A stretch of DNA of 64,000 bases from Acidimicrobiia bacterium (GTDB lineage: Bacteria; Actinomycetota; Acidimicrobiia; Acidimicrobiales; VFJN01): the NCBI GenBank assembly GCA_046565645.1, contig JBKHYD010000036.1, positions 66,630 to 130,629 on the forward strand, in the 5' to 3' direction. The translations under genes were made by a program, and so were the position numbers. Under the pieces are notes generated by a model. It saw only the letters and a program-made list of their open reading frames with translations. It was not told where the DNA came from and searched no databases. The number at the start of each line of letters is the position of its first letter. Within the stretch, counting starts at the first letter, position 1. Shown here piece after piece: positions 9,460-18,349 of the stretch.

Positions 9460-10386
9460 TCAGGCGGCGGCTCGGAGGAGCCTCGGTCGCAGCTCGTCGA
9501 GGAGCCGGGTGCTCGATGGCGCCAGGTCGTGGCGGTCGACGCGGCCGATCCACCACCCCAGCGCCCGGAGCTTCGCCTCTCTTCGCTCGTCGGCGACGAG
9601 CCTCCGCGGACCGTGGAACTCCTCGCCGTCGTACTCGAGGCCGACCAAGCACTCGGGCCACGCCACGTCCAGTCGCACAACGCCGGAGTCGAGCTCCACG
9701 GGGTGCTGTCGAACGGGCTCGGGCAGCCCCCACTCGGCGAGGCGGCGAAGCAGGCGGGCCTCTCCCGGGCTCTCCGGGGCGACGGGACCCAGCCAGGGCT
9801 GGATCGAGTTCCGCAAGCGGCTCGCACCGGCCCGGCCCCAGCCGGAACGAGCTCGACGCATTGAGCCCAGGATCGCCGAGGTCGAGGCGAGCCTGCGATG
9901 GATGGCCGAGTCGACGAGCTCGTCGAGCCGAGCCTGATCTAGATGCCGGGCCGCTTCCACCAGTGAGCGGGACACCGTGGTGCACGGGATCGGCCCGACC
10001 TGGGTGCGATCGAGCGAGTCGAGATGTGATCGCAGCACCACCGCACCCGGTGTCCGGGCACTGGCGAGCGGAGGGACGGTGAGCCGGGGACGCTTCGGGG
10101 CTTCGATGAGACCGAACAGCGCGAGCGCGCTGAGGCCACCGACCACGGCCGACGGCCCCGCGGCCACCACCGCTGCGTACGCCTCCTGCTCGGGTGTGAT
10201 GGGTGCACCGTTGACCCGGTACACGCCCTGCCTCACCCGTACGAGCCCACCGCGCCTCACCCGGATCTGGACCTGACGGGCGCTGAGCCCCACCGCGACC
10301 GCCCTGTCCAGGGTGATCACGCCAAGGTGCTTCTCCGCCCAGCGGCCAAGCCGCTCGTCGGGGGTGCTGTGCTGCTTCGTCGCCAT
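9460..10386 (-). CDS. AbiEi-like N-terminal domain / DUF559 (Vsr-like endonuclease fold) protein
   Basis: Internal ATG (MATKQHSTPDERL...) of track ORF 9460..10755; the upstream part of that ORF is repeat-array translation. C-terminus ...VDVAWPECLVGLEYDGEEFHGPRR...ERREAKLRALGWWIGRV is the DUF559 signature. Confidence 0.75.
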   Translation of the reverse strand: MATKQHSTPDERLGRWAEKHLGVITLDRAVAVGLSARQVQIRVRRGGLVRVRQGVYRVNGAPITPEQEAYAAVVAAGPSAVVGGLSALALFGLIEAPKRPRLTVPPLASARTPGAVVLRSHLDSLDRTQVGPIPCTTVSRSLVEAARHLDQARLDELVDSAIHRRLASTSAILGSMRRARSGWGRAGASRLRNSIQPWLGPVAPESPGEARLLRRLAEWGLPEPVRQHPVELDSGVVRLDVAWPECLVGLEYDGEEFHGPRRLVADERREAKLRALGWWIGRVDRHDLAPSSTRLLDELRPRLLRAAA

Positions 10387-10531
10387 GGCTCGCTCCGGTG
10401 ATCGAGGTGCTGGATGGCCGAGCGCACCGGCGAGGGGGACTGCGCGTGAGCCGATCATCGTGGGCAGCTGTGACAGCGACCCCCGACGCCCCGGCGACGC
10501 GCGGGCAGACCACCGGGCGCCGTCCCGCGAC

Positions 10532-10765
10532 GTCGCGTGCGCGGACCGACACGCGTGCGAAGGACGACCGCATGCGTCGCTCCGCGCACACCACCCCCAC
10601 AGCCGGCCCGCAACGCCGCGTGCGCGGACCGACACGCGTGCGCAGGACGACCGCATACGTCGCTCCGCGCACACCACCCCCACAGCCGGCGCGCAACGCC
10701 GCGTGCGCGGACCGACACGCGTGCGCGGGACGACCGCATGCGTCGCTCCGCGCACGCGACGGTGC
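10532..10765. repeat. about 2.8 tandem copies of the 83-bp repeat (array B), inverted relative to array A
   Basis: Units begin near 10532, 10615 and 10698: GCGTGCGCGGACCGACACGCGTGCG.AGGACGACCGCAT.CGTCGCTCCGCGCACACCACCCCCACAGCCGGC.CGCAACGCC. Only a few substitutions between units. Confidence 0.9.
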
Positions 10766-10779
10766 GAGAGCGTGCGGCG

Positions 10780-11874
10780 TTACGGGAGGACGACGAGGTC
10801 GTCTCGGTGGACGACCTCGTGGGGGGTGCCCTCGGGGAGGTCGCCGGTGCGGCGGCCGGCCACAGCGCGGAGCTCGTGGGCGGCGAAGCGCGACAGGCCC
10901 TTGGCGAAGACCTGGCCGTCGGGGCCGGCGATCTCGACGGCAGCGTCCACGTCGAAGCGGCCATCGACCTTCGTGACACCGGCCGGCAGGAGGGACACGT
11001 TGCGCTCGAGGAGGGCCCGGCGGGCGCCGTCGTCGACCACGATCGTGCCCTCGGAGCCGACGGCGAAGGCGATCCAGAGCCGGCGGGCCGGGAGCCGCTT
11101 GGGCTTGGGCTGCACCACGGTGCCCACGCCGGCGTCGCCGCGGACGGCGGCCTGGAGGATCCCGGCCCGGGAGGCCTGGGCGATGATGGCCCGCACCCCC
11201 GACCACGCGGCGATCTTGGCTGCCGCCAGCTTGGACGCCATGCCGCCGCTGCCCCGGGGGGTGCCGGTACCACCGGCCATGGCTTCGAGGGTGTGGTCGA
11301 CCTCGATGATCTCCTCGATGAGCGAGGCAGAGGCGTCGTGGCGGGGGTCGGCGGTGAGGAGACCGGGGGCGTCGGTCAGCAGGACGAGCAGGTCAGCGCC
11401 GACGAGGTGGCCGACGAGGGCGGCCAGGCGGTCGTTGTCGCCGAAGCGGATCTCGTCGTCGGCGATGGCGTCGTTCTCGTTGACCACCGGGACGATGCCG
11501 AGGTCGAGCAGGCGGCCGAGGGTGGCCCGCGCGTGGAGGTACTGCTGGCGGACCATGAAGTCGAGCGGGGCCAGCAGCACCTGGCCGCTGACCAGGCCCT
11601 CCCTGGCGAGCGCCGCTTCGTAGACCCGCATGAGTCGGGTCTGGCCGACGGCGGAAGCGGCCTGCAGGGTCACGGCGTCGCGCGGCCGGTCGCCGCTCGT
11701 GTAGCCGAGGGACGGGAGCCCGGCGGCGATGGCGCCGGAGGTGACGAGCACGACCTGGTGGCCCGCCGCCCGCACCGCAGCCGCTTCCGCGCAGAACTTC
11801 TCGATGGCGGCGTCGTCGATCGAGCCGTCGCCGGCGGTGATGGAGGAGGTGCCGATCTTGGCGACGACGATCAC
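10780..11874 (-). CDS. proB: glutamate 5-kinase
   Basis: MIVVAKIGTSSIT..., VVLVTSGAIAAG, NENDAIADDEIRFGDNDRLAALV, and a C-terminal PUA-like region. Confidence 0.95.
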   Translation of the reverse strand: MIVVAKIGTSSITAGDGSIDDAAIEKFCAEAAAVRAAGHQVVLVTSGAIAAGLPSLGYTSGDRPRDAVTLQAASAVGQTRLMRVYEAALAREGLVSGQVLLAPLDFMVRQQYLHARATLGRLLDLGIVPVVNENDAIADDEIRFGDNDRLAALVGHLVGADLLVLLTDAPGLLTADPRHDASASLIEEIIEVDHTLEAMAGGTGTPRGSGGMASKLAAAKIAAWSGVRAIIAQASRAGILQAAVRGDAGVGTVVQPKPKRLPARRLWIAFAVGSEGTIVVDDGARRALLERNVSLLPAGVTKVDGRFDVDAAVEIAGPDGQVFAKGLSRFAAHELRAVAGRRTGDLPEGTPHEVVHRDDLVVLP

Positions 11875-11931
11875 GTCACCCAGCCTGCCCGCACGGCCCC
11901 GCTGCCACCCAACCAGATGGTCACCGGCTCA

Positions 11932-12249
11932 TCAGCGCTCGAGGTCGAGCACGACGGCGAGCGCCGCCTCGACCCGGTGCAGCTCGTCGGCGGCCAGCCG
12001 ATCGACGACGTCGCCGAGCCGGGTGGGGTCGACGGCCGTGGTCTGCTCGACGAGCACCCGGGTGGGCGCCCCGTCCACCTCGACCTCGGGTCGGAACGAC
12101 GCCGGGCGAGCGCTCGTGGAGGTCGGTGCCACAAGGACGGTGGAGAGCGGGAGGGCATCGGACTGGAGGACCACCGCGTAGCGGGCACCCGCCTGCTCGT
12201 GGCCGCGGGGGCCACGAGGCGCCCTCAGCCGGTGGACGTCACCACGCAC
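11932..12249 (-). CDS. mazF: type II toxin, PemK/MazF family
   Basis: VRGDVHRLRAP....RYAVVLQSDAL...VLVAPTSTSARPASFRPEV is a MazF/PemK fold signature. The GTG start at 12249 overlaps the antitoxin stop by 11 nt. Confidence 0.8.
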   Translation of the reverse strand: MRGDVHRLRAPRGPRGHEQAGARYAVVLQSDALPLSTVLVAPTSTSARPASFRPEVEVDGAPTRVLVEQTTAVDPTRLGDVVDRLAADELHRVEAALAVVLDLER

Positions 12250-12469
12250 GAAGCGGCTCCAGGTCCGCCTGTACGGCGCGAGCCTCGGCCAGGTCCGCAG
12301 GGTCTTCCGCCAGTGCCCGGGCCTCGGCCACGAGCTCGGCCCGGATCCGGGCCCGGGCTGCGTCGAGGAGTGCCTCACGCACGGCCTGCGATCGGCTGGT
12401 GCCGTCCGCGGTCAGGGCCTCGAGCGCCTCCGCCGTCTCGTCGTCGATCCGGACGGTGATCGTCGCCAT
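12239..12469 (-). CDS. ribbon-helix-helix (CopG-like) antitoxin
   Basis: MATITVRIDDETAEALEALTADGTSRSQAVREALL is an RHH motif. Sits immediately upstream of and overlapping the MazF-like gene. Confidence 0.75.
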   Translation of the reverse strand: MATITVRIDDETAEALEALTADGTSRSQAVREALLDAARARIRAELVAEARALAEDPADLAEARAVQADLEPLRAW

Positions 12470-12504
12470 GCGACATAGCGTACTACATCCTGTACGACGA
12501 CCTG

Positions 12505-13752
<1,248 letters not shown>

Positions 13753-13787
13753 CTACGGGGAGAGCCCGGGCGCAGCGAACAGGCCCG

Positions 13788-14369
13788 CTAGTCGCAGTCA
13801 CCGTTGAGCGGGGGCGAGCACGACACCGACACGGTGGTCGAGCCCGTGCCGACCGTCCAGCTGTACCCGGGGGCCGTCACACCCGTGATCGTGAACTGGG
13901 CGGTGGGCTTGTTGTCGTTCAGGTCGGTCCGCTGCATGCTGCAGGTCCCGGAGGGCGCCGTGGTCGTGCACTGGGTGGCCACCGCTGGGTTCGGATCCGT
14001 CCACGAGCCTTGGACCTCGGCCCCGGTGACGGGGTTCCCGCTCGAGTCGGTGATGGTCACGGTCACGTGGGCGATCCACTTGTTCCCTGAATTGTTGGGA
14101 GCCGGACTTGCCACGAGTGAGGACGGCTGCATCGCGGTGGTGGGGGCGGTGGTCGTGGTGGTGCCCACGGGCGCCGTGGTGGTCGTGCTGCCGCTGGCGT
14201 AGAACGCGTTGTCCTCGGCCGTGCCGACCCGCTCCTCGTCGGCGACGAGCTTGTCACCACTGTCGTCCTGCACGCGCTGGATCGCTCCGATCGACACGAC
14301 GAGGATGAGCGCCACCAGCAGCGCATACTCGACCAGGGTGGCGCCTCGATCGTCGTTTCGGAGTCGCAT
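13788..14369 (-). CDS. Flp/Fap-type prepilin-like protein with a roughly 140-aa C-terminal extension
   Basis: Internal ATG of track ORF 13788..14750, with GAGGAG 7 nt upstream. Leader MRLRNDDRG / ATLVEYALLVALILVV matches the Flp G-xxxx-EY processing motif. A Thr-rich linker and a Cys-containing beta-rich domain follow. Confidence 0.7.
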   Translation of the reverse strand: MRLRNDDRGATLVEYALLVALILVVSIGAIQRVQDDSGDKLVADEERVGTAEDNAFYASGSTTTTAPVGTTTTTAPTTAMQPSSLVASPAPNNSGNKWIAHVTVTITDSSGNPVTGAEVQGSWTDPNPAVATQCTTTAPSGTCSMQRTDLNDNKPTAQFTITGVTAPGYSWTVGTGSTTVSVSCSPPLNGDCD

Positions 14370-14380
14370 GACGGGTCTCC

Positions 14381-16009
14381 TCATCGGATCAGCTGGATGA
14401 AGCGGTTGACGCTGATGTCGAACGGCGCTGACTCGGAACCGAGGCCGTTGGGCAGGCTGTTGCGTGGGAGGACGAAGGCCGTGATGCCGTCCGCCTTGTC
14501 CTCCGACGAGGCGTTCGTGTAACCGACGCCCGGTTCGAAGTCGTGCGTGCACGTTCCGCCGCTGCAGTTTCCGCCCAGCAGCCGCTGGAAGAAGATCGGC
14601 CGGAACGACGCGATCCGGACGGTCGCGTTGCCGTTGGGGAATGCTGCGTCGAGCTCGGGCACGTACCCGAACCGTGCTGTCGTCTGGATGTCGTAGAGGT
14701 CGGGCGTCTCGGTGGTGTTCGTGTTCCGCGTGAAGATCGGGTCCGTGCACGCCCCACTGCAGCCGACCACCGGATCACTGTCCGGTCCGATCGCGCCGCC
14801 CGCGTTCCAGGGGATGCCGTTGTAGTGGCTGATGCAGCGCTGGAGCAGGGCCCGCATCTGCTCGGCCTTCGTTGGGCGACCCTGGATGTTGGCCCGGACG
14901 TTGCCGGGCGACGTCGGGAGCGAGGAGTAGTTGTTGGCCAGGACCTGGGTGAAGACCGTCTTCGAGCAGGAGGCGGGGACGTTGGCACCAGCGGGGAAGC
15001 TGTCGGGAAGGAACTCCCAGAGGGGGTTGTCGTCGAGGAGGTGGCCGCCGACGTTGGCGTCCTGACCTGCGCCCGAGAACACGCCCGTCCCGGAACGCTG
15101 CAGCCGACCGCCGAGTCCATCGGAGAAGCCGGAACCGGAGTAGATCGCTGCTCCGAAGTTCTGAGGAGTGTTGCCGGTCAGGGTGAAGGCGGCGTTCGGC
15201 TTCAACGTGCCGCCACATGGGCTGGCGGTGTCGACCACCTCGGTCGCACCGTGGGGAGCCCCGCCATATGTGCTCAGGTCGTGGTCCACTCCAACGGCGG
15301 CATTGTTGGAGTTTCGGGGTCGCTGACTTCCATTGCTGCAGTCAAGCGTGGTGTTCAGATCGGTGCTGCCGAAGTAGGCGAAGTCGAGGTAGCCGAAGTT
15401 GCCAGACGAAGGCCCTCCACAGGGCGGCTCCGAGTGACCGCCAGGCCCTGTCTTCACGCAGACCATCCCGTCTCCACCGCCTCCGCCGGCAGCAAGGCCG
15501 AACGGCAGAACTGAACCAAAGCCGGAGCGCACCCAACCTGCGATCGCAAAGGCATCGTGGTCATAGCCGTCGACGCCCACCACGCCGCCGAACACGGCAT
15601 CTTGGGTTCGGGTGGGGATGCGCACCTGGATACGAGTACGACCAGCGTTCACCGTGATGCAGCTGGCACCGGCCAGCGGGGTGTCGACGGGGTCCGGGTC
15701 GACGATGGCTCCGCAGGAGTCCCACAGGGCGTCTGAGATCGTCTCCTCGAGGGTGCCGTGCACCAGAGACTTGACCTCTGCGATGACCTGGGCATCAGGA
15801 TCTCCAAGGATCTGGGCGGCTCCGAGGGCTGCCGTATCGGCGGCGTTCTGATCGTTCCTCCGGGCTGCGTAGGCTCCTCCCAGGTCGACCGCGAACGCTG
15901 CGAACACGAGTAGTGCCACGAGAGTCAGCGCGACGAAGACGACTGCGATCCCTTCGTCCGAGCGGACTCGCCGGCGGGCCTTGTGGGTCCGGGCCTGTGG
16001 TCCGTTCAT
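14381..16009 (-). CDS. TadG-like (Tad_N, TadE/G-like) pilus-associated protein
   Basis: N-terminus DEGIAVVFVALTLVALLVFAAFAVDLGGAYAARRNDQNAADTAAL is the TadG-type motif. ATG 16009 (MNGPQ...) lies 1 nt after the TadE-like stop (TGACATG). Confidence 0.7.
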   Translation of the reverse strand: MNGPQARTHKARRRVRSDEGIAVVFVALTLVALLVFAAFAVDLGGAYAARRNDQNAADTAALGAAQILGDPDAQVIAEVKSLVHGTLEETISDALWDSCGAIVDPDPVDTPLAGASCITVNAGRTRIQVRIPTRTQDAVFGGVVGVDGYDHDAFAIAGWVRSGFGSVLPFGLAAGGGGGDGMVCVKTGPGGHSEPPCGGPSSGNFGYLDFAYFGSTDLNTTLDCSNGSQRPRNSNNAAVGVDHDLSTYGGAPHGATEVVDTASPCGGTLKPNAAFTLTGNTPQNFGAAIYSGSGFSDGLGGRLQRSGTGVFSGAGQDANVGGHLLDDNPLWEFLPDSFPAGANVPASCSKTVFTQVLANNYSSLPTSPGNVRANIQGRPTKAEQMRALLQRCISHYNGIPWNAGGAIGPDSDPVVGCSGACTDPIFTRNTNTTETPDLYDIQTTARFGYVPELDAAFPNGNATVRIASFRPIFFQRLLGGNCSGGTCTHDFEPGVGYTNASSEDKADGITAFVLPRNSLPNGLGSESAPFDISVNRFIQLIR

Positions 16010-16010
16010 G

Positions 16011-16595
16011 TCAGCATCCCTCCGCACTGCCCATCGAGGCCCAGGTCGCCTTCTGCTCGATCCGGCTGTCGACAGTGCTCGAGATCGTCTTGCCGTTGAG
16101 TGCGAACCCGAGGAAGCCCGTGAGCTGATCGAGCTGCTTCGTCACGTGGACTTCGAAGGGCTCGCCGACAGCGTCGCTGGTTCGCGTGATCTGCACGAAT
16201 ATGCCATCGCCGTTGTCCATTCGATCGCAGAGCTCATCGACGATCTCGCCCACCTGGTCGGCCGGACTTGGTGACGACGAGGACTTGAAGTTGACCGCCG
16301 CCAGTCGGGCTCCTTCGCGAGCGCCGTGCCGGATGTCCAACATCTGGAAGAACGCCCAGCCGAACTCGATGATCCCGAAGATGAGAAGGAAGAGGACAGG
16401 AGCGATCAGCGCGAACTCGATGAGCGCCGCGCCTCGCTCACCCCGCGCCCACTTGCGCCGGGCCCGCTCGGAGCAAGCTCGCAGAAGGGGGCGCCTTGCG
16501 CGGTAGGAGTGTGCGCTGCTGCGCTGGTCGAGCTGGTTCAAGGTTCCTCTTTCATGCGAGCTGCGTCGCTGCTTGCACCCGAGAGCGCGGGACAT
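16011..16595 (-). CDS. TadE-like protein
   Basis: GERGAALIEFALIAPVLFLLIFGIIEFGWAF is the TadE motif. The start is uncertain. An in-frame TTG at 16541 preceded by GAAAGAGGAAC would avoid overlap with the upstream regulator gene. Confidence 0.7.
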   Translation of the reverse strand: MSRALGCKQRRSSHERGTLNQLDQRSSAHSYRARRPLLRACSERARRKWARGERGAALIEFALIAPVLFLLIFGIIEFGWAFFQMLDIRHGAREGARLAAVNFKSSSSPSPADQVGEIVDELCDRMDNGDGIFVQITRTSDAVGEPFEVHVTKQLDQLTGFLGFALNGKTISSTVDSRIEQKATWASMGSAEGC

Positions 16596-17475
16596 TCAGA
16601 ACCTCAGCCAGGCGCTCGAGGTTCCTAGCGCCGGGGCGGCTGTGGCCGTTGATCCAGCGGCTGACGGTGGGTTCGGTGGTGCCGACGAGGCGGGCCACGT
16701 CGGTGGACTGGAGGCCGAGCTCGCGCTGGCGGCTCAGGATCAGGGCGCCGAGGCGGGACGGGGCGGAGCGCTGCGGCAGGGCCGCCACCAGCTCGGCCGA
16801 TGGGACGCCGAGCGCTGACGCGAGCGCCGTGATCTGGGCGGGCTGGGGGCGGCGGTAGCCGAGCTCCCAGGACATGACGGCACGGGACGAGACGCCCAGC
16901 AGCGCCGCCAGGTCTGCGCGGGTGAGGCGGAGCTCCTGGCGGCGGGCGCCCACCAGCTGGCCGAAGGCGGGCCACGCCTCGTAGTCGACGGCGAGGGGCG
17001 CTGCACAGATGGCCGCGATCCGGGCCTCGGACAGGCCGAGCAGCCCGGCGAGGAGGGCGAAGTGGTCCGGGCTCGGGGTGGTGCGGCCGGTCTCCCAGCC
17101 TGCGTAGGTGGCCTGGGGCACGCCGAGCTCGGCGGCGAGGGCGGCTTGGGTGAGGCTGCGCTGGGCCCGCTCTTCGCGGAGGCGCCGCGCCAGCTCCGGC
17201 TCCTCGTCAGCGACGGCCGAGGCCACCTCCTGGGACTGCCAGAACGACGACTCGATCGACAGCATCGGGATGAGCCGGACGAGGTGCTCCTCGGAGGGCT
17301 GGACGGCGCCCCGCTCCCACAGTCGGATCGACTCCTCGCTGACGCCGAGGCGCTGGGCGAGGTCGACCCGGCGGAGCCCCGCCTGGGTGCGTGACGCCTC
17401 CAGGTGGGCGCCGAGGCGCGCCGACCACAGCAGCGCCGCCCCCTGCTCCCCGCTGGATTCGTGTCCTGCCACCAC
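16552..17475 (-). CDS. XRE-family transcriptional regulator with four tandem helix-turn-helix domains
   Basis: Four consecutive HTH_XRE units: ...LRRVDLAQRLGVSEESIRLWERG..., ...LTQAALAAELGVPQATYAGWETG..., ...LTRADLAALLGVSSRAVMSWELG..., ...LQSTDVARLVGTTEPTVSRWINGH.... Start set at GTG 17475 because the palindrome and TTGACA box at 17502-17534 lie inside the longer track ORF (to 17592). Confidence 0.75.
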   Translation of the reverse strand: MVAGHESSGEQGAALLWSARLGAHLEASRTQAGLRRVDLAQRLGVSEESIRLWERGAVQPSEEHLVRLIPMLSIESSFWQSQEVASAVADEEPELARRLREERAQRSLTQAALAAELGVPQATYAGWETGRTTPSPDHFALLAGLLGLSEARIAAICAAPLAVDYEAWPAFGQLVGARRQELRLTRADLAALLGVSSRAVMSWELGYRRPQPAQITALASALGVPSAELVAALPQRSAPSRLGALILSRQRELGLQSTDVARLVGTTEPTVSRWINGHSRPGARNLERLAEVLNVPRSRVQAATQLA

Positions 17476-17501
17476 CGCCCGCTCTCTGCCGAGACTTCCA
17501 C

Positions 17502-17534
17502 GACAAGTTTGGGGTACGTCGCCAAACTTGTCAA
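17502..17534 (-). promoter_or_regulatory. candidate operator/promoter of the XRE-Tad-like operon
   Basis: Perfect inverted repeat GACAAGTTTGG (17502-17512) / CCAAACTTGTC (17522-17532) with a 9-nt spacer. On the minus strand a consensus -35 TTGACA (17534-17529) overlaps one arm. The sequence is AT-rich relative to its surroundings. Confidence 0.55.
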
Positions 17535-17607
17535 CCACGTAGCGTGGTGGCGGTCCTTGCAGAGCGCGCGAAGCGGGGGATCGCTGCCACATGACGGCTG
17601 TTGCGCG

Positions 17608-17638
17608 GCACGACCCCGGGGCGATCCCGGGGTCGTGC
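17608..17638 (-). terminator. stem-loop downstream of rpmA (probable intrinsic terminator, no U-tract)
   Basis: GCACGACCCCGG (17608-17619) pairs with CCGGGGTCGTGC (17627-17638): a 12-bp stem with a 7-nt loop, 24 nt after the rpmA stop. Confidence 0.5.
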
Positions 17639-17661
17639 GCAGATCTGCGGTGGTGGGGCAG

Positions 17662-17913
17662 CTAGTCGGTGAGGATGTCGACGAGCTTGCGGCCCTTGCG
17701 CTGGCCGAACTTGACCTTGCCGTCCGCGGTGGCGAAGAGGGTGTCGTCGCCGCCTCGGCCCACGTTCTCACCGGGGTGGAACTTCGTGCCCCGCTGGCGG
17801 ACGATGATCGTGCCGGCGGTGACCTGGTGGCCGTCGAACACCTTCACGCCGAGGCGCTGTGCGTTGGAGTCGCGGCCGTTCCGGGTGGAACCGCCGCCCT
17901 TGGTCTTGGACAT
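17662..17913 (-). CDS. rpmA: 50S ribosomal protein L27
   Basis: [48 protein letters not shown]. Confidence 0.97.
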   Translation of the reverse strand: MSKTKGGGSTRNGRDSNAQRLGVKVFDGHQVTAGTIIVRQRGTKFHPGENVGRGGDDTLFATADGKVKFGQRKGRKLVDILTD

Positions 17914-17924
17914 GTGCTCGCTCC

Positions 17925-18236
17925 CTAGCCCTTGGAGATGCCGGTGATCTCGATGGCGGTGTAGTGCTGACGGTGGCCCCAGCGCTTCCGCTGGTTGCTC
18001 TTGTTCTTGTACCGGAACCCGGTGATCTTCGGCCCCTTGGCCTCGCCGACGACCTTGGCGGTCACCGAGGCGCCGGCGAGCTGGTCGGGGGTGGCGAGGA
18101 CGGTGTCGCCGTCCACGACGAGGACCGGCGTGAGGGTGACCTCGTCGCCGACGTCCTTGCCGAGCTTCTCGACGTTCAGGACCTGGCCGGACTCGACCTT
18201 CTCCTGCTTGCCACCGGTCTTGATCACTGCGTACAT
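17925..18236 (-). CDS. rplU: 50S ribosomal protein L21
   Basis: [25 protein letters not shown]...; immediately upstream of rpmA. Confidence 0.97.
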   Translation of the reverse strand: MYAVIKTGGKQEKVESGQVLNVEKLGKDVGDEVTLTPVLVVDGDTVLATPDQLAGASVTAKVVGEAKGPKITGFRYKNKSNQRKRWGHRQHYTAIEITGISKG

Positions 18237-18349
18237 GGGGCTCTTCCTGGTGCTGGCGGCGCCGTGGGGCGCGCCGAATGCGGGACGGACGATGCTACCG
18301 CGCCGCTCCCCGATCCGGCCAAGTCCCCGCAGCGGGCGACGACGGTACG

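Noticed and set aside
10532-10765. Possibility that the 83-bp repeats are a CRISPR array
   Set aside because: The units are directly contiguous with no unique spacers. The period is 83 bp with a variable 25-nt segment that is itself conserved between units. No cas genes are nearby.
10313-11623. ORFs translating the repeat array into RTDTRA.DDR.RRSAHTTPTAG repeat proteins
   Set aside because: These frames are open only because the array is tandem and GC-rich. They run antisense into proB and have no start or RBS context.
18237-18349. Possible ribosomal-protein L21 leader RNA upstream of rplU
   Set aside because: I could not identify a convincing conserved structure in the 113-nt spacer. The known L21 leader is, as far as I recall, a Firmicute element.
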